This document shows, one piece after another, positions 48,389-61,302 of a stretch of 63,904 bases of DNA. The stretch covers positions 21,097,919 through 21,161,822 of the forward strand of contig JARFYF010000050.1 in the NCBI GenBank assembly GCA_030265395.1, given 5' to 3'. How positions within the stretch are numbered: the stretch's first letter is position 1; the number at the start of each line of letters is the position of its first letter. The position numbers and the translations under genes are program-made. This stretch comes from Rhina ancylostomus. Its lineage: Eukaryota. The notes under the pieces are model-generated. The model did not search any database, was not told the origin of the DNA, and saw only the letters and a list, made by a program, of their open reading frames with translations.

Positions 48389-51300
48389 CCGGCATATAAA
48401 CATTATTACAGCTCTAGTAAAGTCATAAAATATTTCTAGATAAAATCATAGCCACAGTGTTGAAACGGCACTGAAGTTGGCAACTCACATTGTCCCTCAC
48501 GGTCCAACATGTAAGATTTCTCATCACAATTGGTACATCTCCGGTTTCCCTAAAACATTGCAATAAAATTTTGGAAATGTCATGTTGTTAGATGTTGACA
48601 TCCACTATAAACAACCACTAGTAATTGGACGGGAAAGATCAAACGTTCATATTTTGATTCTTTTGGCATTCACTTTAAACATGGTGCACACAGCAGAGTG
48701 TTGACTAAATGCTTCTGACAAGCCCTTCATTTTTACCAGGCTTCGGTGATTAAACTGTCCCCTGACTAGGCTGAGACATCAGTTGGTGTTAATTAGTGAG
48801 AGCAAGAAACTGTTCAACCCATTGGGCTGTTCCCATCCAGAGCTGGAGTTTTAAGTTAGTGGCAGGTCATGGCCAGGAATTGGATGAGTGTCAGTTGTTC
48901 GACTGAAAGCTGCCTTTCTCTATAAAGATTCTCATTAGTCTGGGGTATGGTGGAGAGAGGATTGCAAATCCATTCAATCTGCGGTTTGGCATCGACACAA
49001 AGGCAGGGCGGGAGCCTTTCCCCTTTTTTGTTTCCCTTTTTGACTTTAACACTTACGATGAAAAGAGCCGTGTCTCTAATCTGGGGTCAAGCCTTAGGTT
49101 TTATATTATTGTGCAAATGGAATATCAATAAACCATCGCCATTATAATAACCTGTTTAGATATCTCACACATTAGTTGCACACAAAATGCTTTGCAATTT
49201 CCTTCTGAACTCGAAGGCAAAACAAAAATTAGTGCTTCTACCAATCACTGGTACTTGTTGGCGCGTTGAGTGTTGTCCCAGTGTTTGGCTCGTGTCCATT
49301 GCCCTGTTGCAGGGGGGTGCAAGCATGCATTTTATCCAGGTGCCAGTGTCCATCCATCTCTATCTAATTCTGAGACCTTGAAAGCAAATTTTGAAAACGA
49401 CTTTTTTCTTTAATTTTCACGTGCATTTACATAAAAGATGCATCTGTGCGATGACTGAGCCAACCTCTCGAGGTGGCGAATTGGATTAAAATAATCGAAA
49501 GGTTTCTCTGCTTCTGTGGTGTGGCATGTGAAACATGCTCCAGTCGGTACGAGAATCCCAGGAAATGACCATGAATTGATAACGAGCAGACGGGTAATGG
49601 GGAGGAAAAGGTCAGAAGAGGGTTCACGCGGAGTTCTAAAACACCTTAAATTCCAAATACACAAATAGAATTTAAAATTGTTTCAGTTAAATTTTGCCCC
49701 ACCCAGTACTTCTTTCCTAGATCACGAATAAATGTCGAACTCTGTAATTAGGAGTTTTATTTCATTGTCAATCACGCAAAGACAGGCTAATCTGAGTCTT
49801 CAGAAACACTTTATTGCACATTGAGCATATTTCAGTCGGGCAATGATCCTTGATTCTTAAACCTTGGCGGAGATCGAAAGAAAATGTCTCCCCGGGCCAT
49901 CATTTGCATACATTTTAATTCCGCTATAATATATCTTCCACAAAATTAATGTTACTGTCATTTTCGTAAAACTTAGTAAAAACATCTGAAAACAGCCTCT
50001 CAACATTCTACATTGGAGAAACATCTTTGCACTGTCCACCGGCAACAAATTCTAGTATTCCAGGGTGCAGGCACCGAGGCAGCTGAACTAATTGAGAGGC
50101 GCAATGAAGGAATTTTACTGTTGCTTTCGTGTTTCGTGATGTCTGGATGTCGATGACAAGAAGGTAATCTGGCAAAGTTAACCGAGGCCAGTGACTCGGA
50201 AAAGAAACGTCAGCGTTAGCAAATCCTGCTAGGTTTGTTATTAATGCTGTTGTTGAGGATTTTTGAGACTTAAAAGCCATGAGCTGTAATTCTGTCACTC
50301 GTGTGTCTGAGTTCAATAGTAAACTAGCCAATGCTTACTGATTATACGTCGTTGTTTCCTACATCAGGTTTCGCTACTTGCTTATTCAAAAGAAAAAATA
50401 TTGCTGCGTTCCAAAGCGCTCCGTACTTTCAAAGTGTATTCACGGTTATATTGCAGAAAAAAATCTTATCGTACGTTCCAAGCACTTGGACACTGTGAGC
50501 AACCTCTACAGTGAAGTTGGTGAGATGCCTGGCTTTGTGATAGTTGTCCCTCGGTGGATCCCGTTGTTTTGGGAACTATTTTGATATAATTAAAAGATAA
50601 TGCCAAGTTGAGTAGACGACCGACAGTGGCCTCGACTGTGGTGATGGAGAGAGGGCTGTGCCAGTGGTCGGGGCTGCCTGCACCGGATTTGGAAACTCCC
50701 CGGAGAGGTGTCAGAGCAGCCTGGAGTTGGTGATGGAGCTGCAGAGTCCTGGTGTCAGACGCCTCTTGCAGGAGGGTTTTATGGAAGTTCCCCCCGCAGA
50801 CAGTTTACCACTTTGGCTTCTGTACCTGAAGTGGCTGCCAGCCACTGCCCAGTAAACAGGGCGAGGGAAAAAAAACATTTCCATGTCTGATAAAGGATTG
50901 GTTGTAGGAATTCTATCCGGTACAATATTGGGTTAGGAACAACCCATGATGAGACAGTGGAAAAGATTCATTTGTCCATCTGGCCTTCCTTACATAACTG
51001 TACATTTCAATCTAAACACCCATCTCCCCACTAAAACTCTAACCCCCAGGAGAGATGGAAGAACTCGTTTCTGGACCAATTTAGAGGAAGAGTATCTGAA
51101 CATTTCCTTACGTTAGGTGACCAAATCTAGTCTGAAGGTAACTCTGGCTCTGAATATTATGATTTAAGAGCCACATTTTACTCAGGGAATTTCTACTGCA
51201 TTATGCAATCTAAATTGTATCTCGCCACTTAAAATCCATAATGTAGTGTATAAGAAGAAAAACAAGCCCACCAAAAAATCTTACAATTTCTAAGTGTGAT

Positions 51301-53009
51301 CACATTAAGCCAGCTCATGACATCCATGACTTACTAGCCACCTGACCAAGATAACCCCACCGATTGAAATATCATGCACATTTTTGCCACTTGAATTCAA
51401 TTTGTAGTCTACTTGAATGAATATTGTTGCCGCTCAGAGATAAGTATGACTAAGTCACACATAAACCCCTCAAAATGTATGTTTTCTTAATTATATAAAA
51501 TCTAATTTCTGCTGAAGGGCACATACTGAAAATATTTGATCCTTTAAATTTGATATTTTTTACTGTCCTCTGCTTCACATCATATTTTTTACTTCAGCCC
51601 TTTGCTTCTGGTATCAATTCTCTCATTTGTCACATTGCCATCCTGGAAATCCTCAGGTCTGTGTCTTATGAGGGGAAATGGATCATTGGTTTTACTCTGC
51701 ATTAAAAACCCCAGTATATGAATTTATAACATAAATAGTTGATTAGGTTTAAGATTTTAAAAATATATATGGATATATGAATGAAATTTTCTGATGTTGA
51801 AAATTATAATACAGACATACAATATATTATTGTTTCATAATGTATAAATAAACCAGAATATAAATTAAGTACCTGACAGAACAATAAATGTAAAAAATAA
51901 TGAGATTATGTATTAAAACTGAACAGATTAGTTTTGAGATGAAGATAATGCATCACCAAATTATCACCTCAGTGCACTTCCTCAGTCATTGGTTTTCTCT
52001 TTATCTGTATCTGTTGTTTTAGGTGTTTTAGGTGGTGGACAAGGAACTGATGAATGGCATTCTGCAAGGATAATTTTAATTTTGGCGTGTTTGGAAAAAT
52101 GATGGCTGAGTATCTACTGTGCATAATGCCCTGCACTTATTTACTTCCTATTAGATACATGTGTCATCAGATATTGTATTTTAGGTGATGTAACGCATAG
52201 ATACAAGATAAAAGGAAAATGCTACAAGTTTGATTCTAGGCTCCTAGCCTTCAAAAGAAGTCACCCTATGAGAATCCTTTCGTATACATGGAAAGGACAA
52301 TTTCAGTAAAGCAGGAATTTTATTTATTTGTGCTTTATCTAATGGTGCTAGCCCTGATGCAGGGACTTACCTCTATTTCTCTGTGGAAGTCTGAGAACTG
52401 GCATGGGTTTAAGCCAGCAGTGGCATTTGTTACTTTGCCACCTCTACTGCTGGCTGCCTCTGTAGTGCACTGGAGGAGTCCAATGTAAACTTTGGCAGAC
52501 TTTCTTGCTCTTGGGCAAGAAAACTCTCTGCTGAACCATGAATTGCAGGTCTTCAAATGGCTAATGGCAGAACTGTCTGTTTATTTGATTTAAATCAGAG
52601 TTTAGTTGTTTTAAGTGATTTTAGTGATTTCATTTTCAAATACTTTCATGATATTTTTAAACATTTAATCTTTTTAAATAGTTTCTATGAGTTTTTGGAA
52701 TATCATTGACATTCACGATCTTTCAATCTCAGTGTCAGCTTTTATAACTGGAGATACTGGGGGTGTGTGAGCTCCATTAGCTATCAAAGCCATTCTGGGA
52801 GTGCATCTCGCCAGCTGGGCTGGGAGAAGCCCTGGGCTGCACTAGAATGTACCTGTTGGAAGAGCTGTCATCTGGCAGGTAGTGGAGGTCTCTGGACAGG
52901 GGAATATCTACCCCACTGAAACAGATACTTGATTATGTTTCTATCAGTTAAAGGATAAAGGTTAGCCAGAGAAGGGCCAAAGGCTTTTATTTATTTTCAC
53001 CTGAATGGT

Positions 53010-53160
53010 TAAATGGTTTATGGTCTCATATGAAACTCTGGCAATGCAGCATTCCTTCAGACGGTGCTGAAATGTCAGCCCAAATTAAATGCTTATGCCC
53101 ATGTACTGAACTTTGGCTTGAATCTACATCCTTCTCACTCAGGGATGTGAGTATCTCACA
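53010..53160 (-). mobile_element. DeuSINE-like 5' fragment
   Basis: CAATGCAGCATTCCTTCAG..TGCTGAAATGTCAGCCCA...CTTGAATCTACATCCTTCTCACTCAG. Confidence 0.6.
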
Positions 53161-54529
53161 AAGTCAAGGACACTTAGCGGTTGTACCTTCTTGGGCATAT
53201 ACTCAGAAATTACTTACTAAGTCTCTGGTGTATGCATCCAACATTTACTTGTTTGTTCATAAGATACAGACACTAAATAAGAAATACAATAATTTAATAA
53301 CTGAGTTTGAAGCCAATAATGAACTGAATCTTTACTATTCAATGATTGTTCAATTACTGAGATTGAAAGATTGTGAATGTCAATGCTTCCTTTAGGGGGA
53401 GCAATTGTAGGCCAGCTAAGTAAACTGATATTTTTTAAAGTCTCTGACTCTGTGACTTGAAAAAATGAATCTATTTTAGTTACTGTCTCCAAATGTGCTG
53501 GTGCATTAACTGGCATGTCTTTAAAGTTACTGCATGCACCGGGTANNNNNNNNNNGAATTCTGTAAAATCTCTCAGTTCACACAGAAAGGTCACTTCCTT
53601 TGAGTGCATTTTGTGAGACAGAGATCAGTTTTTATTCATCAGGGCAAAGGGTTATATAAGCCATTGGCTTTAGGTTCTGCATGCAAACCCAAGGTTAATC
53701 TTCATAGTATGATTGTAAATCTGCTTTCATAACACCATGTATTTTGATTGCTGAAATACTCTTTGTGAGCTCTCAAAACCTACATTTCTTTAGTTTGTCA
53801 AATTCAGGCTTCTATTATAGCATTTAGTAAATCATATTGATCTGTAACTCATATTCCATGTCTCATATGATATCAGTAGGTATTCTACATGTTTATAATA
53901 TATGTGTGAAAACACTGAGGAAAATTTGAGGCTTGTTTTGTAATATAGAATCACACAAGCATGTAATTGACAGGTGTATAATCATTACAAAAGCAGCAGG
54001 TTCCAATTGTGTTGCACACTTTCTGCAGAAAGGAGTTAAGTGAAAAAGCCTACAGTAGATGGAGTCAGATCTAAAGGTGGTCATGGAAAACGGTCATGGT
54101 TGTCAGAGGCTAATCATCACAGCCTAGGACATTACTGCAGGTGTGCTCAGAGAAGTGACCTCAGCCTAACCCCCTCAGCTGTTACACTAATAGACCAGAT
54201 TATTCTGGACTCTGTCCTCTGCTTGGACTTGTTGCCCAGCCCCATTTAACTTTCCAGATCTGGAGAACTTAATGAACTGACTCTGATATTGTTACGCTAT
54301 GTTAGTACACTTAGGAATACAGTGTGTAGTTATGCTTTAGGATTATGTAGAGATCTGATCTTGCCTATTATTCTGAGTATGTTAATAGAGAAACCAGTCA
54401 TTTGTTCTTCACACGCAGTGATGAGGTTATCTTATTAATCATACATATCAAGAACTCATATCAATGGAGAGATTATACAAATTAGAACATTTTGTTTGTG
54501 CATGTACCACCCAGAATCTACTTTTAATT

Positions 54530-54746
54530 ATAAAAACAATAAAAAATTGCTGGCAACACTCATCAGGCCAGGCAGCATCTGTGGAAAGTTAACATTCCAA
54601 GTCTGGGACACTTTATCAGTTCTGATGAAGGGTCTTCAACCTGAAATGTTAGCACTGTTTCTCTTTCCACAGATGCTGCCTGACCTGCTGAATGTTTCCA
54701 GCATTTTCTGTTTCTATTTCAGATTTCCAGCATCTGCAGTTTTTTG
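54530..54746. repeat. Palindromic (inverted) Penelope terminal repeat pair
   Basis: TGCTGGCAACACTCATCAGGCCAGGCAGCATCTGTGGAAAG pairs with CTTTCCACAGATGCTGCCTGACCTGCTGAATGTTTCCAGCA; centre ATCAGTTCTGAT at ~54620. Confidence 0.85.
54617..54654 (+). ncRNA. Minimal type I hammerhead ribozyme motif (partly decayed) in Penelope terminus
   Basis: CAGTT-CTGATGA-A-GGGT CTTCA ACCT-GAAA-TGTT-AGC: intact core boxes, 4-bp helix II, 3-bp helix I. Confidence 0.55.
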
Positions 54747-54749
54747 ATT

Positions 54750-55013
54750 ATAAGATTTCTTAATTAGCCACATGTACATCAAAACACACAGTGAAATGCA
54801 CCTTTTGTGTTGAGTGTTCTGGGGCAGCCCACAAGTGTCACCACGCTTCTGGCGCCAATGTAGCATGCCCACAACTTCCTAACCCGTACGTCTTTGGAAT
54901 GTGGGAGGAAACCGGAGCACTTGGAGGAAACCCACACAGACACATGGGGAGAATGTACAAACTGCTTACAGACAGTGGCCAGAATTGAACCCGGGTCACT
55001 GGTACTGTAATAG
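54750..55013 (-). mobile_element. V-SINE (tRNA-derived head, V domain)
   Basis: Reverse complement of 61790-62085; GTGGGAGGAAACCGGAGCAC V domain and GAATTGAACCCGGG B-box. Confidence 0.9.
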
Positions 55014-55184
55014 TCTCGTTGATTTTTTTAATCCAATATGTAGGATTCTTTCCACGGTGTGTTTATAATTGAATCAACCTGCCAGCTAACTGTATTGCAG
55101 AGGATGAGACAGTAAATACTAATGCCCTTTCTAATTAATCAGAGACTACAAGCCAACCATTATAAAAAACATATAATACTGACA

Positions 55185-55350
55185 AGAAAGTGGTAGATGT
55201 GGGTACGATTACAATACTTAACAGACATTTGGACAGGTACGTGAATAGGAAAGGCTTAGAGGGGTATGGGCCTAATGCAGGCAAATAGGACTAACTCAGG
55301 TAAGCAACTTGATCAGCACAGATGAGTCGGGCTGAAGGGCCTTTATCTTT
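55185..55350 (+). mobile_element. CR1 (HER1-like) 3' end
   Basis: RHLDRYVNRKG then GGGCTGAAGGGCC; homologous to 46872-47043. Confidence 0.85.
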
Positions 55351-55479
55351 GTCGTACCTGGGCTATCCTCCAGCTTTGTCAGGAAAAGTAACTTCACAGA
55401 TGTGATGGGACAAAGATAGGATTTGGAATGATGTAAAAAAAGAAGTACACAATGGTGAAGAAGAATTACACGATATTTA

Positions 55480-56900
55480 TGAAGCATTATCATCTACAAC
55501 TGCCAACTACATAGAAGCAAAAGCTACACTAATGGGATTTATAGCCCAGCAGTAGAATGTGGTATATGAAACCAAGATGTCCACTGCACAAGGCAAGAGG
55601 CAAACAAAATAATGGATCATTGTTGCCTACGTCTGAAACACATTGCTGCAAAATATGGGTTTTCTGATCATCAACAAGAGCTGTAAACAAGTCTGTTGAA
55701 AGGTGCACATCAAACAGTGTTGATGAAAAGCCCTTGAAAAGAATTTCAAATTGACTGCCTTGCTTGAGAGATCATTATCATTTTTAGAGAACGGAGCTGT
55801 TGAAGTGGCAACATTGATGTGAATAGAATCAGAGGAGAAAAATAAACACCAATGTGAAATTTTTCATTCAGAACTATCAACAAAGAATGATTCCCAGCAT
55901 TATCAATATTGCTATTATTGTGGTGGCAACCTTCCTCACAAAGCAGAATGTCTTGCTGAGTGGAAACACTGAAAATCATGTGGAAAACTCAACTGTTTCA
56001 AGAGACTTGTTCAGCAAACCCATGCATCAGAACACATCCAACTTTGTAGAGAGTGTCAATGCCAATGCTAAAGTCATCAGCCACTCTGATCATCCTGAGT
56101 ACACTTTTGTTACTCACTACACTCATCAGTGGGCTCAGCCACATTTAGAACTGAACATTGGCAACAATATATTGGTTGATACTGGCATTATCAGTCTGAA
56201 TGATCTTCCGGGTCAGCCTATTCCACTTCAGTGAGGAAGCCTCATGATATTTCTTTATAATAGTTACTAAGCCTATGACAGTTTGGGGAATGTTTCATCA
56301 CTAAGAACAATCAAATCCAAGGGTGTTAACATAATATTTTATGTAATGTCAGGTGACCATGATGATCCTTTGAGTTTTAACATGGTGTCAGGTCTCCACA
56401 TTGTAGAGATCATATATGGAGTGCCTATGATGGATTCCAATAATGAAAAGATCACTGAACAGTGTCTCGATTGCGCGAGCATGAATGCAATGCCTAAAAC
56501 AAGGACATAAAACAAATTTGAAACTGCAACAGAAAACAATGTAGTTCTGCCATATAACAGTGATTCAAATGGAAATGGGTTATAGAAAATCTACCCTTTG
56601 GTGATATAGCACATATACAACAAGAATTGCACAAAATTTGTTGTGGGCTTGTAATTGCACATGCCTTAGATCTTGTGCTATAAAGTACTGCATTGTTAAT
56701 TCACAGTTGCTAATGGAATGTGTTATAGACATTGCTCACAGAAGTCATCAAGGGAAAAGGTATGGTTCCCAGGAGCAGACTGTTTGGTTGAACACTAAAT
56801 CAACACATGTTTGGCATGTCAAACAATCACAAAGACAAATCTACAAGAACCTCTACAAATGCTGGAATTACCCAAAGACCCATGGTCTTGTATTAATTTT
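55480..56900 (+). mobile_element. Ty3/Gypsy LTR retrotransposon internal relic (gag, zinc knuckle, protease, integrase zinc finger)
   Basis: Gag-like NVVYE..RQE..RLKHIA. Knuckle remnant CGGNLPHK.EC..CGK (~55918-55990). Protease ILVDTG (~56168). Integrase VIDIAHRSHQG, WFPG, CLACQ..EPLQMLELPKDPW (56720-56886). Confidence 0.8.
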
Positions 56901-57039
56901 ACACATCTTTATTCTGCCGATTTTTACCACAATCTGCAGTTCATTAACTTATGTGGAAGGACATTACATAGATTAAGGAACATTTGGAATGAAATAAGGT
57001 CTCTAGCATAACTGGTATTCTTTAAGAGGTATAACTAAG

Positions 57040-58268
57040 GAGCTTAGTTTAAAGATAATTCACAGCAGGAGAGCTTGGATCTGTGGAATGTTCCTTCTGC
57101 ACAATGTGGGGAAGCCAGGGACACTTTCAGTGTCCATGACAACCACATATGTGGAAAGTGTTTCCAGATGCAGCTGATGGTTAACTACAATACAGAGCTG
57201 TGGATGGATTCACTGTGGAGCATCTGCAATTCTGAGATGTGTGTGGACAACATATTTAGTAAGGTTGTTAGGTATAGAAAGGGAATGGGTGACCACTAGG
57301 CAGAGGTGAGGAAAAGAGATACAGTGATATTGCCCTGTGGCCATTCCCCCTTTTCAATAAATATACAGGTACAGATATTGTTGGGGGAGAGGACCTCTCA
57401 GGGGAAAGCAGCAAGAGCCAAGTTCATGGCACCACAAGTGGCTCTGCTGCTTAAAAGATTGGTAGGGCTACAATGGTAGGGCAACAGAGAAGGGTTTCTG
57501 CAGCCACATATGTGACTTCAGGATGGTATGTCGCCTTCCTGATATAAGGGTCAAGGATGTCATGGAACGACTGCAGAGCCACATCAATGGGCAGGGTGGC
57601 TGTAGTACGTGTCAGTATCAATGACGTAGATTAACAAAGCAGCTATGTCCTGCCAGATGAATTTAAGGCGTTAGGAGATAAATTAAGAAGCAGGAACCTC
57701 AAAGGTAGTAGTTTCAGGATTACTTACAGTGCAGCGCTAGTAAGTATAGACCTAGATGAATATGTAGCTGAACATTTGGTACCGGGGGAGAGATTTAGAC
57801 TCCTTGGATACCAGAACTGCTTCTGTGGAAGGTAGGACCTACACAAACAGGACGGCTTACAGTCAGGTATGACTGGGATCAATGTCTTGATAGGGGTGTT
57901 TGTCACTCGTATGGGTAGGGTTTAAACTATGGGAATCTAGGCAATGATGACCAGGGAGAAAGAACAAGGACCCAAATGAAAGAAAGAACTTTAGAATGCA
58001 ATAGTAGAAGGCAGGGAAATAAGATGATTAATAAGGCAAGGGTGAAGGCTTTGTATATTAGTGCACACACATTTGTGAGGTAGGTGAACTAGTGGCACAA
58101 ATAGAGGTGAATATGTATAATCTGATAGTCATCGTGGAGACAGGATTGCAAGGGGATCAAAGCAGTGCACTTAACATTCAGGAATATTTGACATTTAGGA
58201 AGGACAGGTGGGAAGGAATAGGTGGTAGGGTAGCACTGTTAATAACCTTTCGTTCTATGCTGTACAGC
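57040..58268 (+). mobile_element. CR1 LINE 5' portion (ORF1 zinc finger + SGNH esterase, start of ORF2 APE)
   Basis: VECSFC.M..HICGKCFQMQL; RMVCRLP..RVKDV.ERL; DLHKQDGL; GLN; then AQIEVNMYNLIVIVETGLQ..LNIQEYLTFRKDR..GIGGRVALLI. Confidence 0.88.
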
Positions 58269-58499
58269 AGTGAAATTCTCTAATTAATCACGCACATCAA
58301 GGGCCCAGCAGTTGTCCTTAACATTAACTCTCCAAAGCTCACAGGTGTCCAACAAGCTGGAATGGGCTCCAGGCAGCTGTCAAAGGCTTTAGGATAGCTT
58401 TTAAATCTCTCTGATAGTGATAGATGTAAAAATGATTGAAATGGATTTAAATAATTAAAAAAAACATCGAGAAACATTTTGGGTCAGATCTTGCTGATA

Positions 58500-59220
58500 G
58501 CAAGTCAGTTGTAATGTAGGGAACTGCTAGCTTGCTGCAGCGTGTGTGTTAGAGTATTCTGAACATCACTCACCATTGAGTCCAGGGGCGTTCCATAATG
58601 TTCTCTGAGGGGCTCCATACACAAGATATCTGACCTCTCAGTTTTATGCCAAGATGTCACGGAGCTGCAGTCAATGAAATGTTTGCCGAGGTGGAAAATA
58701 TCATTACGGGAATGCAACATAGAAGAATGATCTAGGCCTCATAAGGAAAATTTATGCCTCCCCTGCTCCGAGCTTCTCAATGATTATGAGGCCCTCCTGA
58801 AACTCTAATGCAATAACTTGCCTGCGTGCCAGGACTATTCCTTCAGACCCTGGCAGTGACCTTCTGCTGCCTGACATTGCATTCCTGCCTGCCAGCCAAC
58901 TGTAGCTTCCCATGGCTTTGGTTGCACAACTGACTGGAGGCACGCAGAGTGAAAATCTCCTCGGTCATACACTGCCAAATCAGTACAGATTGCCTCCTAC
59001 CTCAGCATCCACCCACCCACTTCCCATTTGGAGTGAAAATGGGGCTTTTATTTTTAGGAACTGAAGGGTTTGAGTACCTGCAGTTTAGGGGTGGAGATTT
59101 GGATGTGACATTGATTGCAAGCGGGCTCTCAGAAGGGAGAGAATGTGAGAAGTTTTCCTGTTGCTGTTTGCTGATTCTACTCTGTGCAGGCATTTTGGAT
59201 TGACACTGAATAGTGAGATA
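58500..59220 (+). mobile_element. Possible second, more decayed Harbinger transposase relic
   Basis: Weak similarity only: RVF*...C.LR..HK..LC..ELQ at ~58550-58670 and an SFR..GSD remnant at ~58839. Confidence 0.3.
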
Positions 59221-60949
59221 CAGCTGCAACAGCTGCAGTGTTCTTGGCATAACCACAGATGTCAGGCTGAAGTACTCTCAGTTCCTATGACTGTCTTGCC
59301 ATGATCTTCTAAAGACCGGCATTCCAACTCTGTAATAAATTAAGCCAGACGAATCAATATTATCTTAAAACTGCAATATTTTGTAATTTATTTTGGAATG
59401 AAATCTAAAAGCATTGTGATCAGGAATCCTCACTGTTTTTTCTAGTCAGAATTAATCCTTAAATAGAAGATTCAAAACCTCTTCCAAATTGGGCTAGAAT
59501 TAGATAGTATAAAGTATTACATTAAAATAAAAATTATGATGTATGATAACCTCTCCAACTCAGTTGGAGATGCTTTTTCTTTTGTTCCCTCTTCTGCTTT
59601 GTATACATACTCATGTATGCATCTACACACTCAGATTATGAATTCCATTTCGGCTATTCACATTTCATGTGATACCCAGAGTGTTTGGCTAATGCCACTT
59701 TATTCCCTCATTTGGAAGTGAACCTAATGATTATACAGATATATAAAGGAGGATGCCACTTGGAATGATTAAATATATAGCATATGCTAATTGTTGCAAA
59801 CTATCTTGATGTACTGCAGACTTGTTTGTCCAAATTATTTATAAAAAATGTCTTGAAAATAATGAATGCCATTGTGCTGGAGTGATCCTATTTCTTTCAG
59901 CAATCTCAACTTAAATTTTGAAAGCAGTGTTTATTGAGTCATTTATATTGTGTACAAAGACACAATTTTCAATGCATGCTTGTCTTTTGAGTTAGCGCAC
60001 TAAGATAAGTAATATCTTTTCATTGGCTAAGGAATTATTTGTGCTTTCAAAGGCATTAATGTTTAGAAGACATGTCACATAGTCTTTCTTAGTTATGTGC
60101 TTATAGAACTGTGAAATACTCGAAAGGTACAATTTAAAATAAGATCTGGTATATAAGCTGTAGTCTATAAGTAGCAATCTGCATTTCATTAAATCTTAAA
60201 GTGCTCTCTGATTCTGCTTCATCTTTCCTGCTCTATAGTTTAGTTTATACTTCCTATCATTCCTGCTGTTGTTGAAGCAGATTTATATTATTGGTAGAAC
60301 TCGAAGGATGGAAGGAATGCACAGTGGGTCACTCGTTAATCTTTGTTTTCTGTCATTGATTCATAAACCATGTAATCCCAAGAAATACTAATTCCTGCAT
60401 GTGTAGCAGCCCCACATGTTATATTGTTCTGCTAAAATCCCTCATGTTGTTCAGTGTTTCAGAGTAATGTGTTTTGTTTCTTTTGAAAAGATGGATCAAG
60501 GCAACTGGGAGACTTGGAGGTCAAGAATTTGCTGACTATTTCTGAAAGGGGAAAAAAAAGAAGCACTTTTGTACCACATACAGAGTCTCCTAAGTCTTGT
60601 GGTAAAATCTATCCAAATAGTTTTGAAACCAAAACTTCATGAGTTATCGGCCAACTCTCTTCAAGGCATGAAATGTAAAACATCTTAAACATTTATGTGC
60701 TACAAATATTGGAGAAACATTTGCATTTTTATAATGTCTCACTGCATCTGTTTGAAAGAACTTCCCTTTGAAAGACTTCAGCCTAGAAATTGGATTGTCC
60801 CTGTTTTTGACGTGCTAAAATATGGTTGCACTTCATGTTAAAACCCAATCAGATCCTCCACAAAAAATTGTGGAACTAATTGAAAATGTTTGTGAATCAG
60901 TTTTGATGTGGTTTGCACAAGAAATAAGCAGTAAAATTGGACATGCATG

Positions 60950-61302
60950 GCTGTCATAGAGTCATGGTTACAGCATGGAAACAGGCTTCTGGGCCCACTG
61001 AGTCACTGTTGACTATCACTCACCCATATCTACATTAATCCAATCCTAACCAATTTATTCTCATCCCACCACCCCCATTCTCATTAGCTATCCACCCCTG
61101 CTCCCCATTTACCCACATATGAGGGTCAATTTACAGTGGTCGTTTAATCTACATCAATTTACAATGGCCTTTGGGATGTGGAAGTAAACAGGAGCACCTG
61201 GAGGAAACCAAGCAGTCACAGGGAGAATATGCAAATCCCACATTGACAGCATCAGAAGTTGGGATTGAACCTGGGTCACTGGAGCTGTGAGGCAGAAGCT
61301 TC
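60950..61302 (-). mobile_element. Near full-length HE1-like V-SINE with CR1-derived tail
   Basis: GTCATAGAGTCAT..CAGCATGGAAACAGGC tail; GGAGCACCTGGAGGAAACC V domain; GGGATTGAACCTGGGTCACTGGAGCTGTGAGGCAG head. Confidence 0.88.

Larger units (their letters stand above)
31550..50950. promoter_or_regulatory. Large CpG-retaining (probably non-methylated) regulatory domain around the ntn1 5' end
   Basis: CpGs are abundant here (5 in 33241-33300, 5 in 41881-41940) versus 1 in 24601-25080. Recognisable transposons are sparse inside. Confidence 0.8.

Noticed and set aside
48083-48439. 118-aa ORF with a VCVC repeat
   Set aside because: Translation of the TG microsatellite.
52370-52920. GC-AT-GC structured segment (also 9700-10380, 50590-50860) suggestive of non-autonomous DNA transposons
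   Set aside because: I could not define terminal inverted repeats or a family from the sequence alone.
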